Program-made: the position numbers and the translations under genes
In this document: positions 47,285-55,970 of the stretch, one piece after another
How positions within the stretch are numbered: the stretch's first letter is position 1
Layout: each line of letters opens with the position of its first letter
Assembly (NCBI GenBank): GCA_040394295.1
Contig: JBEBSN010000001.1
Coordinates: forward strand, 12,443-76,442
DNA from: Microbacterium sp.
GTDB taxonomy: Bacteria; Actinomycetota; Actinomycetes; Actinomycetales; Microbacteriaceae
DNA length: 64,000 nt
Direction of reading: 5' to 3'
The notes under the pieces: model-generated
Seen by the model: only the letters and a program-made list of their open reading frames with translations
Told to the model about the DNA's origin: nothing
Database searches by the model: none

Positions 47285-49189
47285 TCAGATCTCGTTGAAG
47301 TCGGACGGATTGAGCGCAGCGACCTTCTTGAAGTACTCCGCATTACGGAACGTCCAGTGCACGTTCTGGCGACCGAACCTGTTCACGTAATAGTTCTTGT
47401 CCGCGGGCGCTTCCTTGTCCCAGATCAAGATGTCGTTGTGCGCATCGAGCTCACGGTTGTAGTTCCTGAAGACGTCCTCTCGGACGTCGATCGCGTGAAT
47501 CCCCTGCTCGAGCACGTGGATGATGCCTTGCACGGCATAGCGCGACCAGATCTCGACCCACGACAGGAAGGCGCCAGAACGAGGCTGAGCGTTGGGCCCG
47601 TAGAAGATGAAGAGGTTCGGGAAGCCAGGGACGGTGAGCCCCAAGTAGGCGCGCGGGCCGTCCTCGGCCCACATCGATTCCATCGTGGAACCCTCGCGTC
47701 CCACGTATTCGGTGGGCCATAGATATTTCGATACGTCGAAGCCAGCAGCGAATACCACGGCGTCGATCTCGCAGAATTCGCCGGCGGTGGTCTCGATCCC
47801 GTTCTCGGTAAATCTGGCGATGCCGTCTGTGACCAGCGCGACGTTGTCACGAAGCAACGCGTCGTACCAGCCGTTGTCGACGATCAGACGCCTCGCCAAT
47901 GGCGCGTAATCCGGTGTCACCTTCGCGACGAGATCAGGCCGGGTGGCGAGCTTCTCATGAATGTATGTGGTCAGCGCCTGCTTCAGCCCATCGTTGGCCT
48001 CGCTGATGGTGCCACCGTTCGCTTGCCAGTCACGGTCGTACTCCTGCGCGTTCTGCATCGCGTCTGTGGTGACCTGGCTGTAATAGCAATACCAGTTCCA
48101 GTAGAAAGGCATGTTGTCGAACAGCCATCGCACTTCTTGTGAGATCCGCTCGCGATACTGCTCCATGGGAGAGACCCACTGCGGTGTGCGCTGAAACTGA
48201 TAGACGAACTCAGCAGACGACGCGAGGCCCGGCATCAGCTGAACACCGGTTGAGCCGTTGCCGATGACGGCTATGCGCTTACCCTTCGGGTCGAACGAGT
48301 CGTCCCATGCCGTCGTGTGCAGTTTGGCGCCGGCGAAGTCGGCAAGGCCTTCGATATCAGGAAACCGCGGAGTGGAGAACTGTCCCGCACCGCTGATGAT
48401 GGCATTGACGCTCTTCTTGGTGACGGTGCCGTCGCGGTGGTGAAGCTCGATGTCCCAGAGGTTGGTCTTCTCGTTGAAGACGGCTCGCTTGAGCTCAGTA
48501 TCGAATCTGATGTTCTTGTCGACGCCGTATTCGCGTGCGACGTACTCGATGTACTTCTTGACTTCAGCCTGGGGCGCGAAGTACTCGGGCCACGGGTAGT
48601 TCTTCACGAACTTGAACTGATAAAGGAAGCTGCTGGTGTCGACTCGCGCCTCTGGATAGTGATTCAACTGCCATGTTCCGCCGGCTTCGGATTGACGTTC
48701 GTATACCTCGTAAGGGATGCCGAGCTGTTCCAGTTGCACGCCGGCCACCACACCACTTGCACCGGCACCGATCACCGCGACCTCGAAGCCGTCCGGAATC
48801 GACGGCTTCTCACCGGTCCAATCCGCTTTGCGCGAGAAGTCGGCGAGCGCGAGTTCCTCCCGGCCGAAGTCGAACAGTTCGTCCGTCACCTCTTCACCGG
48901 TCAGAAGGTGCATCATCTCTCGGAGCTCGTCATCGGCGGGCAACGAATTGTCGCGTGCGTCGCCGCTTATGAGATAGTCGCGAGCCTTGGCCCGCACCTT
49001 CCGAGCGTCGTCGTCACTGAGTTCGTATCCGAAGAAGGCTCCGCCGCGAAGCGGAACCTTGCTCAACTGCATCTCTTTGAGCTCAGGATCCTTCGTCGAC
49101 TGATAGAGAGCCATTCGAAGAATGTTCGGTCGAGCATGCTCGAGGATGCTGTCGACCTGGCTCATATCGAATGTCGAGTTGGTTGCCAC
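47285..49189 (-). CDS. Type I Baeyer-Villiger monooxygenase with N-terminal extension (HAPMO-like)
   Basis: GAGASG, GGTW..NHYP, fingerprint FAGAKLHTTAWD, GNGSTG, PGFPNLF; about 135-aa extension; GTG after AAGGAG (alternative 49195). Confidence 0.88.
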   Translation of the reverse strand: MATNSTFDMSQVDSILEHARPNILRMALYQSTKDPELKEMQLSKVPLRGGAFFGYELSDDDARKVRAKARDYLISGDARDNSLPADDELREMMHLLTGEEVTDELFDFGREELALADFSRKADWTGEKPSIPDGFEVAVIGAGASGVVAGVQLEQLGIPYEVYERQSEAGGTWQLNHYPEARVDTSSFLYQFKFVKNYPWPEYFAPQAEVKKYIEYVAREYGVDKNIRFDTELKRAVFNEKTNLWDIELHHRDGTVTKKSVNAIISGAGQFSTPRFPDIEGLADFAGAKLHTTAWDDSFDPKGKRIAVIGNGSTGVQLMPGLASSAEFVYQFQRTPQWVSPMEQYRERISQEVRWLFDNMPFYWNWYCYYSQVTTDAMQNAQEYDRDWQANGGTISEANDGLKQALTTYIHEKLATRPDLVAKVTPDYAPLARRLIVDNGWYDALLRDNVALVTDGIARFTENGIETTAGEFCEIDAVVFAAGFDVSKYLWPTEYVGREGSTMESMWAEDGPRAYLGLTVPGFPNLFIFYGPNAQPRSGAFLSWVEIWSRYAVQGIIHVLEQGIHAIDVREDVFRNYNRELDAHNDILIWDKEAPADKNYYVNRFGRQNVHWTFRNAEYFKKVAALNPSDFNEI

Positions 49190-49216
49190 GGGCACTCCTT
49201 CGTTCCGTTAAATGCA

Positions 49217-49230
49217 ATTATAACTATAAT
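49217..49230. promoter_or_regulatory. Operator-like palindrome, copy 4 (perfect arms)
   Basis: ATTATA-AC-TATAAT upstream of the BVMO. Confidence 0.65.
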
Positions 49231-49327
49231 TAGATTCCTGCGCTTTTTACAAGCCGGGGACACTCACCACAACGGGAGCCATCCTCGCCTGCGTTCCGGC
49301 CCATCGCGCCAGCGATCGCCCGTGCCG

Positions 49328-49612
49328 TCAACCCACTGGAGTCAGGGGAAGCACCTGCAGCGATTGCGCGACCTTCAGCTCTTCCAACCGAGCCATCAAG
49401 TTGCGAAACTGCGCACTGCGGGCATGCAGACCGAGCGCATCGGAATCGACCCAGTCCTCGATGAGTACGATTCGACGGGAGCCGCTGGTGAAGACCTCAT
49501 AGGACCTGCAACCGTCCTCGTTGCGCACTCCTTCGGCGCCCGCAGCGATGTAACCCGAGAGCTCGTCGCGTTCGTCGCTTGTATTGGCCGTTATTGTCGC
49601 GATCACCCTCAC
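49328..49612 (-). CDS. ABM-domain (putative quinol monooxygenase) protein
   Basis: VRNEDGC.SYEV, LIEDW...AL..H; GAGGAGG RBS. Confidence 0.72.
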   Translation of the reverse strand: MRVIATITANTSDERDELSGYIAAGAEGVRNEDGCRSYEVFTSGSRRIVLIEDWVDSDALGLHARSAQFRNLMARLEELKVAQSLQVLPLTPVG

Positions 49613-49663
49613 AGCGACCTCCTCATAATTTCCACGGGCGCAAGGCGCCACAATTCAAGGGCC

Positions 49664-50479
49664 TCATCGGCCGGTCCATTTCGGTTTGCGCTTCTCGAGA
49701 AACGCCCTCGCACCTTCACGAGCATCGTTCGAAGCTCGAGCACGCAGCACCGCTTCTCTGCTCAATCGCCAGTGGGCCTCCTCCGCGTCCACGCGGCCGT
49801 CGCTCTCCATTCCGAGCGCGATGCGCTTGTGCGCCTCCACTGAAAGCGGCGCCCCCTCAGCGATCGCCGCAGCAAGGCCGAGGGCTCCCGCCAGCAGGTC
49901 GTCGCGGTCGTCGACGACGCGATTGACGAGATGCAGTTCCGCAGCACGTTCGGCTGTGATCGCAGAGCCCGTCAGCAGCATCTCCATGGCCACGATGGGC
50001 GGGATTCTGCGCGGCAGACGGAACGCTCCTCCGCCTCCTGCGACGACTCCTCGACGCACCTCGGAGAGAGCGAACTTCGCGCTCGCGGTAGCCACGACGA
50101 GATCGCTGGCGAGTACCATCTCGAGCCCGCCTCCGATGGCTGCACCGTTCACAGCCGCGATCGTCGGCTTACGAGTGGGATGGTTCACGAACCCGCCGAA
50201 GCTCCACTCCTCGTGCCCAGGGACGTTGATGCTCTCCCCCCTGCTGACGGCCCCAAGATCTGCGCCTGCACAGAACGCCAAGTCGCCGGACCCCGTAAGG
50301 ATGAGCGATCGCAGATCGTCGTCGCGCTCGAGTTCCTCCAGCGCCTCACCGATGAGAGTGGCGACCTCACTGTTGACCGCGTTTCGCACTTCTGGCCTGT
50401 TGATAGTCACGACGAGTGCGCTGTCGATGCGCTCGACGATCACGCTGGAGCCTGCCTGCGCGCCGGTGATGGCGCTCAT
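49664..50479 (-). CDS. Crotonase/enoyl-CoA hydratase (CaiD-like)
   Basis: INRPEVRNA, FCAGADL, GGGLEMVLASD, EGARAFLEKR. Confidence 0.9.
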   Translation of the reverse strand: MSAITGAQAGSSVIVERIDSALVVTINRPEVRNAVNSEVATLIGEALEELERDDDLRSLILTGSGDLAFCAGADLGAVSRGESINVPGHEEWSFGGFVNHPTRKPTIAAVNGAAIGGGLEMVLASDLVVATASAKFALSEVRRGVVAGGGGAFRLPRRIPPIVAMEMLLTGSAITAERAAELHLVNRVVDDRDDLLAGALGLAAAIAEGAPLSVEAHKRIALGMESDGRVDAEEAHWRLSREAVLRARASNDAREGARAFLEKRKPKWTGR

Positions 50480-50621
50480 GCTCCCCTCACCTCCGAGTCG
50501 CCGAAGGATGAGCGTCGATACCCGAGTTCGTGGTGCGGCTTGACCGCTGCGACCTGCCGTGGTCGCTGAAGATTCGTCATGGTGCCGTACTCCTTTGTAT
50601 TCGCCGTGCAGTTTACCTATA

Positions 50622-50635
50622 ATTATTGTTATAAA
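50622..50635. promoter_or_regulatory. Operator-like palindrome, copy 5
   Basis: ATTATT-GT-TATAAA between the divergent crotonase and cyclase-family genes. Confidence 0.55.
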
Positions 50636-50684
50636 AGTTGGTTTTGTAGTCTATTACCCGCGCTGGAGCGGTGAAGGAGCGACG

Positions 50685-51569
50685 TTGCGATACCAAGATC
50701 TGCCGAACAGAGATGCGCACGGATTCTTCGGGCCCAAGGATGCACTCGGATCGTTGAACAAGCAGACGCCGGAAGCCATCGCGGCCGCCGCACGGCTGAT
50801 CGTGTCGGGAGAGCTCTTCAGCTTGAACGCTCCGCTCAACTGGCCGGACCCGCCGTTTTTCTCCCGAAAGCCGGTCCAGCACACTGTGTTCCAGACCCCG
50901 ATGGGCAACAGGGATGACTACTTGGACAGCTTTTACCCTCAAGCGTCGACCCAGTGGGACGGTTTCACGCATTTCCGAGACCCCGAGGTCGGCTTCTACA
51001 ACCACCTGCCGCCCGAGGAGCTCGGGATCGATGTCTGGGCTCGCAAGGGCATCGCCGGACGTGCAGTTCTTCTCGACTTCGCCCGCTATTGCCAGCGCAA
51101 TGACAGGGATTTCGATTGGCTGTCCCGAACAGCCATCACCGTCGACGATCTCGAAGCCGTTCGCGCGGAAGCAGGCATCGAGCAACGATCAGGCGACATC
51201 CTGCTAGTTCGCACCGGATGGATGAGTTCCTATAACTCCGCCACCGCAGAGGAGCAGGCCCAGGTGCGGCAGAGTCTCGTCGGACCGGGAATCGATGCGA
51301 GCGACGAGATGGCCGAGTATCTCTGGGATTGGGGTGTGAGCGCGTTCGCCAACGATACGTTCGGCTTCGAGCCGATGCCCCCTGGACCGAAAACGCTGCA
51401 CGCCCGCATCCTCGCCCGCCTCGGCATTCCGATCGGCGAACTCTGGGATCTGGAAGCTCTTGCGGCGCACTCTGAGGCCGATGGCCGCTACGAGTCTTTC
51501 CTCACTTCGGCACCGCTGAACGTCCCAGGCGGCGTCGGCTCACCGGCCAACGCACTGGCGATCAAATAG
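50685..51569 (+). CDS. Cyclase-family (kynurenine formamidase-like) metallohydrolase
   Basis: QASTQWDGFTH, GIAGRAVLLD, GDILLVRTG, GIPIGELWDL, GGVGSPANALAI; TTG after AAGGAG. Confidence 0.82.
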   Translation: MRYQDLPNRDAHGFFGPKDALGSLNKQTPEAIAAAARLIVSGELFSLNAPLNWPDPPFFSRKPVQHTVFQTPMGNRDDYLDSFYPQASTQWDGFTHFRDPEVGFYNHLPPEELGIDVWARKGIAGRAVLLDFARYCQRNDRDFDWLSRTAITVDDLEAVRAEAGIEQRSGDILLVRTGWMSSYNSATAEEQAQVRQSLVGPGIDASDEMAEYLWDWGVSAFANDTFGFEPMPPGPKTLHARILARLGIPIGELWDLEALAAHSEADGRYESFLTSAPLNVPGGVGSPANALAIK

Positions 51570-51598
51570 GGGCCGGCCGGCCCCCGCAAAGCCGCAGC

Positions 51599-52024
51599 TC
51601 AGGCGAAAGCCACCGACAGCTGACTCTTACCGAGCACTGTCTGCTCGGCGAACACCACTGTGAGGTCGATGCGAGCCGTGCGGGCTGCAGCATCGGTCGC
51701 GGCCACAGTCGCCGTGACGCTGATCGCTGCACCATCGCTCGCATCGACTGGTATCGGCCTGGTGAATCGAACCTGGTAGTCAGCGATATAGCCACGGTCG
51801 CCGAGCCACTCGGCAACCGGGGAAACAGCCGCGCCCATTGTCAACATCCCGTGCGCGAGCACACCAGGCAAACCGACGGACTGCGCCACATCATCTCGAT
51901 AGTGAATGGGATTGAAATCACCCGATGCGCCCGCGTAGCGCAGAAGTCTGTCGCGAGAGAAGTGCAGTTCACGCTCTGCGACGACTTGTCCGACCGAAAG
52001 GCTCTCGAACAGCGGATCACTCAC
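51599..52024 (-). CDS. MaoC-like dehydratase (HadB-like)
   Basis: YAGASGDFNPIH, AHGMLTMG. Confidence 0.88.
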   Translation of the reverse strand: MSDPLFESLSVGQVVAERELHFSRDRLLRYAGASGDFNPIHYRDDVAQSVGLPGVLAHGMLTMGAAVSPVAEWLGDRGYIADYQVRFTRPIPVDASDGAAISVTATVAATDAAARTARIDLTVVFAEQTVLGKSQLSVAFA

Positions 52025-52467
52025 GTTGCATCGCCTCGGACCACGAGGGTGGAAGTAGTCGTCACCACGTGCTCTCCTCGCGCATCGACGACGTCGGTTG
52101 AAGACGTGAGCATGGTGTGGCCGCCGGCCTGCCTGACCGACACGATTCGCATCGTCGCAGTCAATTCGTCCCCGGCGACGACAGGTCTCGTGTAGCTGAA
52201 ACGCTGCTCGCCGTGCACGATACGGTCAAGAGCGATATCAGCTTCAGGGTCACCGAGGATGTTGGGCAACAGAGAAGTCTGCAACACAATCGGGAACGTC
52301 GGCGGGGCGATGATATCGGCGTAACCTGCAGCCTTTGCAGCTTCGATATCGTGATGCAACGGCGCTTCACTGAATACAGCGCGAGCGAACTCGCGCACTT
52401 TTTCCCGTCCGACCAAGTACGGGGGTGCGGGCGGATAAACCTTGCCCTGGATCTTTTCGTTCACCAC
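52021..52467 (-). CDS. MaoC N-terminal-type dehydratase partner (HadA-like)
   Basis: YLVGREKVREFA, APPTF, VHGEQRF; TAGACT 6 nt before GTG. Confidence 0.88.
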   Translation of the reverse strand: MVNEKIQGKVYPPAPPYLVGREKVREFARAVFSEAPLHHDIEAAKAAGYADIIAPPTFPIVLQTSLLPNILGDPEADIALDRIVHGEQRFSYTRPVVAGDELTATMRIVSVRQAGGHTMLTSSTDVVDARGEHVVTTTSTLVVRGDAT

Positions 52468-52547
52468 CCCGGCAGTCTATCGGCTGGGCCACACCGCCCC
52501 CGGCCGTCTGACCCCTTCATGACACCGACTCCGCACCAGAACGCGGT

Positions 52548-52593
52548 GCTCGGCGTGCTGACGAACGCAAGCGATGTCATCAGCACGCCGAGC
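52548..52593 (-). terminator. Hairpin downstream of the small efflux-like gene
   Basis: 14-bp perfect stem gctcggcgtgctga/tcagcacgccgagc. Confidence 0.6.
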
Positions 52594-52613
52594 GGGACGA
52601 ACCTAAGGTCAGC

Positions 52614-53165
52614 TCACACACCGACGAGGAAGGTCAGCGCCGCCCAGATCGACACCGTACCGACGGTGGTCCAGATGACGATGGCCACTGCCTGCCACAG
52701 CAGAACCCACGCGCGGGGCGTGCCTCCGGCGACGAGAATGGCCGACGTGAACTGCGTCGGGATCGCCAGCGGACCGAGGATACTGGCGCCAGGAACACCG
52801 AATCGGACAAGCCAGCGCTTGAACTTCGCGCGACCCTTCGACTCCGGCTTCTCAGCGGCGAATTCCTCTGCGGAGCCGACTGCCCCTGCGGTCGCCATCA
52901 CTCGCGCTGCTCGACGGTCGGTCACTGCAGTGCGTGCGCGGGAGGTCGCAAGAACGACGAGGAGCACGCTGACGAAGTTACCGATGGCCGCCGCGACCCC
53001 CGCCACGATCGGGTTGATCCCTCCGATGACGCCGACCATCGCCGCGAGTTCACCCTCGACGAACGGGACCGCCCCTGCGAGCATGACGACGAACGGCTGT
53101 ACCAGTTCGGGCACATGCGCCACGAGGTCTTGAAAGCCTCGTATGAGCTGTTCGATCGGGTTCAC
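52614..53165 (-). CDS. Small multidrug-export-like membrane protein
   Basis: AGAVPFVEGE, AAAIGN, RFGVPGASILGP; GGAAG before GTG. Confidence 0.7.
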   Translation of the reverse strand: MNPIEQLIRGFQDLVAHVPELVQPFVVMLAGAVPFVEGELAAMVGVIGGINPIVAGVAAAIGNFVSVLLVVLATSRARTAVTDRRAARVMATAGAVGSAEEFAAEKPESKGRAKFKRWLVRFGVPGASILGPLAIPTQFTSAILVAGGTPRAWVLLWQAVAIVIWTTVGTVSIWAALTFLVGV

Positions 53166-53215
53166 TTTTCTACTTCCTTTCCAGAAGTTCTTCACTTGTT
53201 CGCTATGTGTGACCC

Positions 53216-53246
53216 ATTAGAAGCTGTGTTCTCAGAACAGAGTCAA
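53216..53246 (-). promoter_or_regulatory. MerR-type promoter P1
   Basis: TTGACT CTGT TCTGAGA ACA CAG CT TCTAAT (19-bp spacer). Confidence 0.65.
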
Positions 53247-53325
53247 ATCGGCGGCTGGAGGCGGTGACGAAAGCGTTGAAACGGGCCGGGAGATGGCCCG
53301 CGCCCACCGAGATGAGCCCGCCGTA

Positions 53326-54060
53326 CTAGTTGCGGGGCAGGACGGCGGCGGCGACGACGACGTTGCTGACGATGAGGGAGGTGACGCTGCGAGCAACGGC
53401 CTTCGCGGCCGCGCCTGCACCCCAGTTTCCGTCTTTGAGTTCCTCGGCCCGCGTGATCACGGACGAAGTCCATGGGATCTCGCGGTCGAACTGCGGGAGC
53501 GTGCCGCTGCCGTAGAGGAGCGCGGCGAGCGCGGCGGTCCGGGATGTGGGCTCGGCTCCGTCGACGAGCACAGCCCGGATGTCGGCGATCAATATCCTTC
53601 GGCGCGCGCTATCTCCCTCCTCGATGACCGAAGAGGGAATGAAGCCGAGCGACCGGTGCGCGCGGCGACGCAGCTCGCCGCGCTCGATCAACCTGTCCAG
53701 CAACGGCTCGCGCAGCGCGGGCCCGGTCGCAGCCAGAACGGTCTGCACGCCTCGAGGCTTGTCGGCCACGTACTCCCAAGTGGCGCGCAACAGGTGATCA
53801 GAGGGCGGGTTGTCGACCACGGCCTCGACCGTCAGACCACCCAGCCGTCCCGTCCCGGTCCGTACATGTGCGCCGAGGCCGAGGTCGGCGAGAATCGCAC
53901 CGGCGAGGACGTAAAAGAGAGTCCCCTCGCCGGCGATCGTGCCGGATTGCGGTTGGAAGAGCACGAGGAGAAGATCCTCGGCGAGCGTCTGCTCGCCACC
54001 CACAGGGCCACCTGCGCTCTCCTTGGAGGAGACGCCGGGCTCACGTTGTTCATCGGTCAT
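53326..54060 (-). CDS. GOLPH3/VPS74 (GPP34) family protein
   Basis: TLAEDLLLVLF, LAGAILADL, LLDRLIERG, RTAALAALL. Confidence 0.78.
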   Translation of the reverse strand: MTDEQREPGVSSKESAGGPVGGEQTLAEDLLLVLFQPQSGTIAGEGTLFYVLAGAILADLGLGAHVRTGTGRLGGLTVEAVVDNPPSDHLLRATWEYVADKPRGVQTVLAATGPALREPLLDRLIERGELRRRAHRSLGFIPSSVIEEGDSARRRILIADIRAVLVDGAEPTSRTAALAALLYGSGTLPQFDREIPWTSSVITRAEELKDGNWGAGAAAKAVARSVTSLIVSNVVVAAAVLPRN

Positions 54061-54105
54061 ACTCTGCACACCTTTCTCGTGCTTGCAGACGAATCCTGCG
54101 ACCGC

Positions 54106-54136
54106 AGTCTCCACTGTGTGCCCTGCACAAGGTCAA
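54106..54136 (-). promoter_or_regulatory. MerR-type promoter P2, overlapping the merR stop codon
   Basis: TTGACC TTGT GCAGGGC ACA CAG TG GAGACT. Confidence 0.62.
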
Positions 54137-54894
54137 GTAGCTCCGATTTCCGTGCCCTCCCCTGAGTCCTGAAGCGTCTGCACGATCTCTCGTGCGGCCT
54201 CGTGCGCGCGCCCGAGCACGTCGAGTTGCGCGGGGTTGTACAGCTCGTGGATCGCTTCGATCATCGTCTGTGAGGTGACGTAGCCGCTCTTGGAGAGGTG
54301 CGTGGCCGGATCGTTCAACCACGGGTAGTCGATGAGATTGCGCGCCAGACTCTTGGCGAGCCGAGGAACGAGCAAGCGCCTCGTCTCCTCATCGGCATCG
54401 GCTGGCAGCCGGTCGAGGTCGACCGCCACGTCCTCGACATCCTCAGCGATCTTCTGGATGTCGGCGAGCGCCGCCTCGTCGTACAGCTGCGTATAGATGT
54501 GAACGATGGACGTGTCCGTCTCCGACAGTCTGCCCGCCACAGCTCCGAACCCTGCCGGTGTGTCTGCCGGAACCTCATCACGCAGGACGACGGCGATATC
54601 GGCTCGCGCCTTCTCCAACCTGCGGATGCTCTCCTCGAGCTCGGCGTCGAGTTCACGCAGCGTCTGCGGTGTGCTGTCAGCGCCCGCCCGAACGGCGCGG
54701 ATCTGAGAGAGGGGCACGCCGAGATCGGCGAGACGGCGGATGCGCAACAGACTCACGAGATGATGCACCTCGTACTGCTTGTAGCCGTTGTACTCGCGTT
54801 CCGGCTCCTCGAGCAGTCCGAGCCGATGGTAGTGACGGATCGTGTTCACCGTCGTCCCGGCCCGTTCCGCGAGTTCGCGAGTGCTCCACGCCAC
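54133..54894 (-). CDS. MerR family regulator (no Cys)
   Basis: WSTRELAERAGTTVNTIRHYHRLGLL..P.R..NGYKQY; GGAG RBS. Confidence 0.9.
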   Translation of the reverse strand: MAWSTRELAERAGTTVNTIRHYHRLGLLEEPEREYNGYKQYEVHHLVSLLRIRRLADLGVPLSQIRAVRAGADSTPQTLRELDAELEESIRRLEKARADIAVVLRDEVPADTPAGFGAVAGRLSETDTSIVHIYTQLYDEAALADIQKIAEDVEDVAVDLDRLPADADEETRRLLVPRLAKSLARNLIDYPWLNDPATHLSKSGYVTSQTMIEAIHELYNPAQLDVLGRAHEAAREIVQTLQDSGEGTEIGAT

Positions 54895-54921
54895 GAAAGT
54901 CTCCTTTGCTGCTCTTGTCGA

Positions 54922-55776
<855 letters not shown>

Positions 55777-55812
55777 TCATCTCCGGCCTGCAGAGTGTCG
55801 GCCGCTGGGATC

Positions 55813-55843
55813 AGCAAATACCCTGTGGTCGCAACAGGGTCAA
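55813..55843 (-). promoter_or_regulatory. MerR-type promoter P3
   Basis: TTGACC CTGT TGCGACC ACA GGG TA TTTGCT. Confidence 0.65.
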
Positions 55844-55970
55844 GCGATTCAAGCGGTCATGTGCACGGCCGGTCAAGAGATTTCAGAGCCGGCTGGCGTC
55901 GAACCGGTCATAATGGCTGTTGTAAGCACACAGTTCTTAGGGTCGTTGCCGAGCGGAAGGAGACGGTCCG

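Noticed and set aside
32400-52600. Mobile element or prophage call for the catabolic block
   Set aside because: No integrase, transposase, tRNA or flanking direct repeats seen
55846-55880. TTGACC at 55876 (minus) sharing CGGTCAAGAGA with P7 as another MerR promoter
   Set aside because: The spacer lacks the TGT-N7-ACA dyad in register
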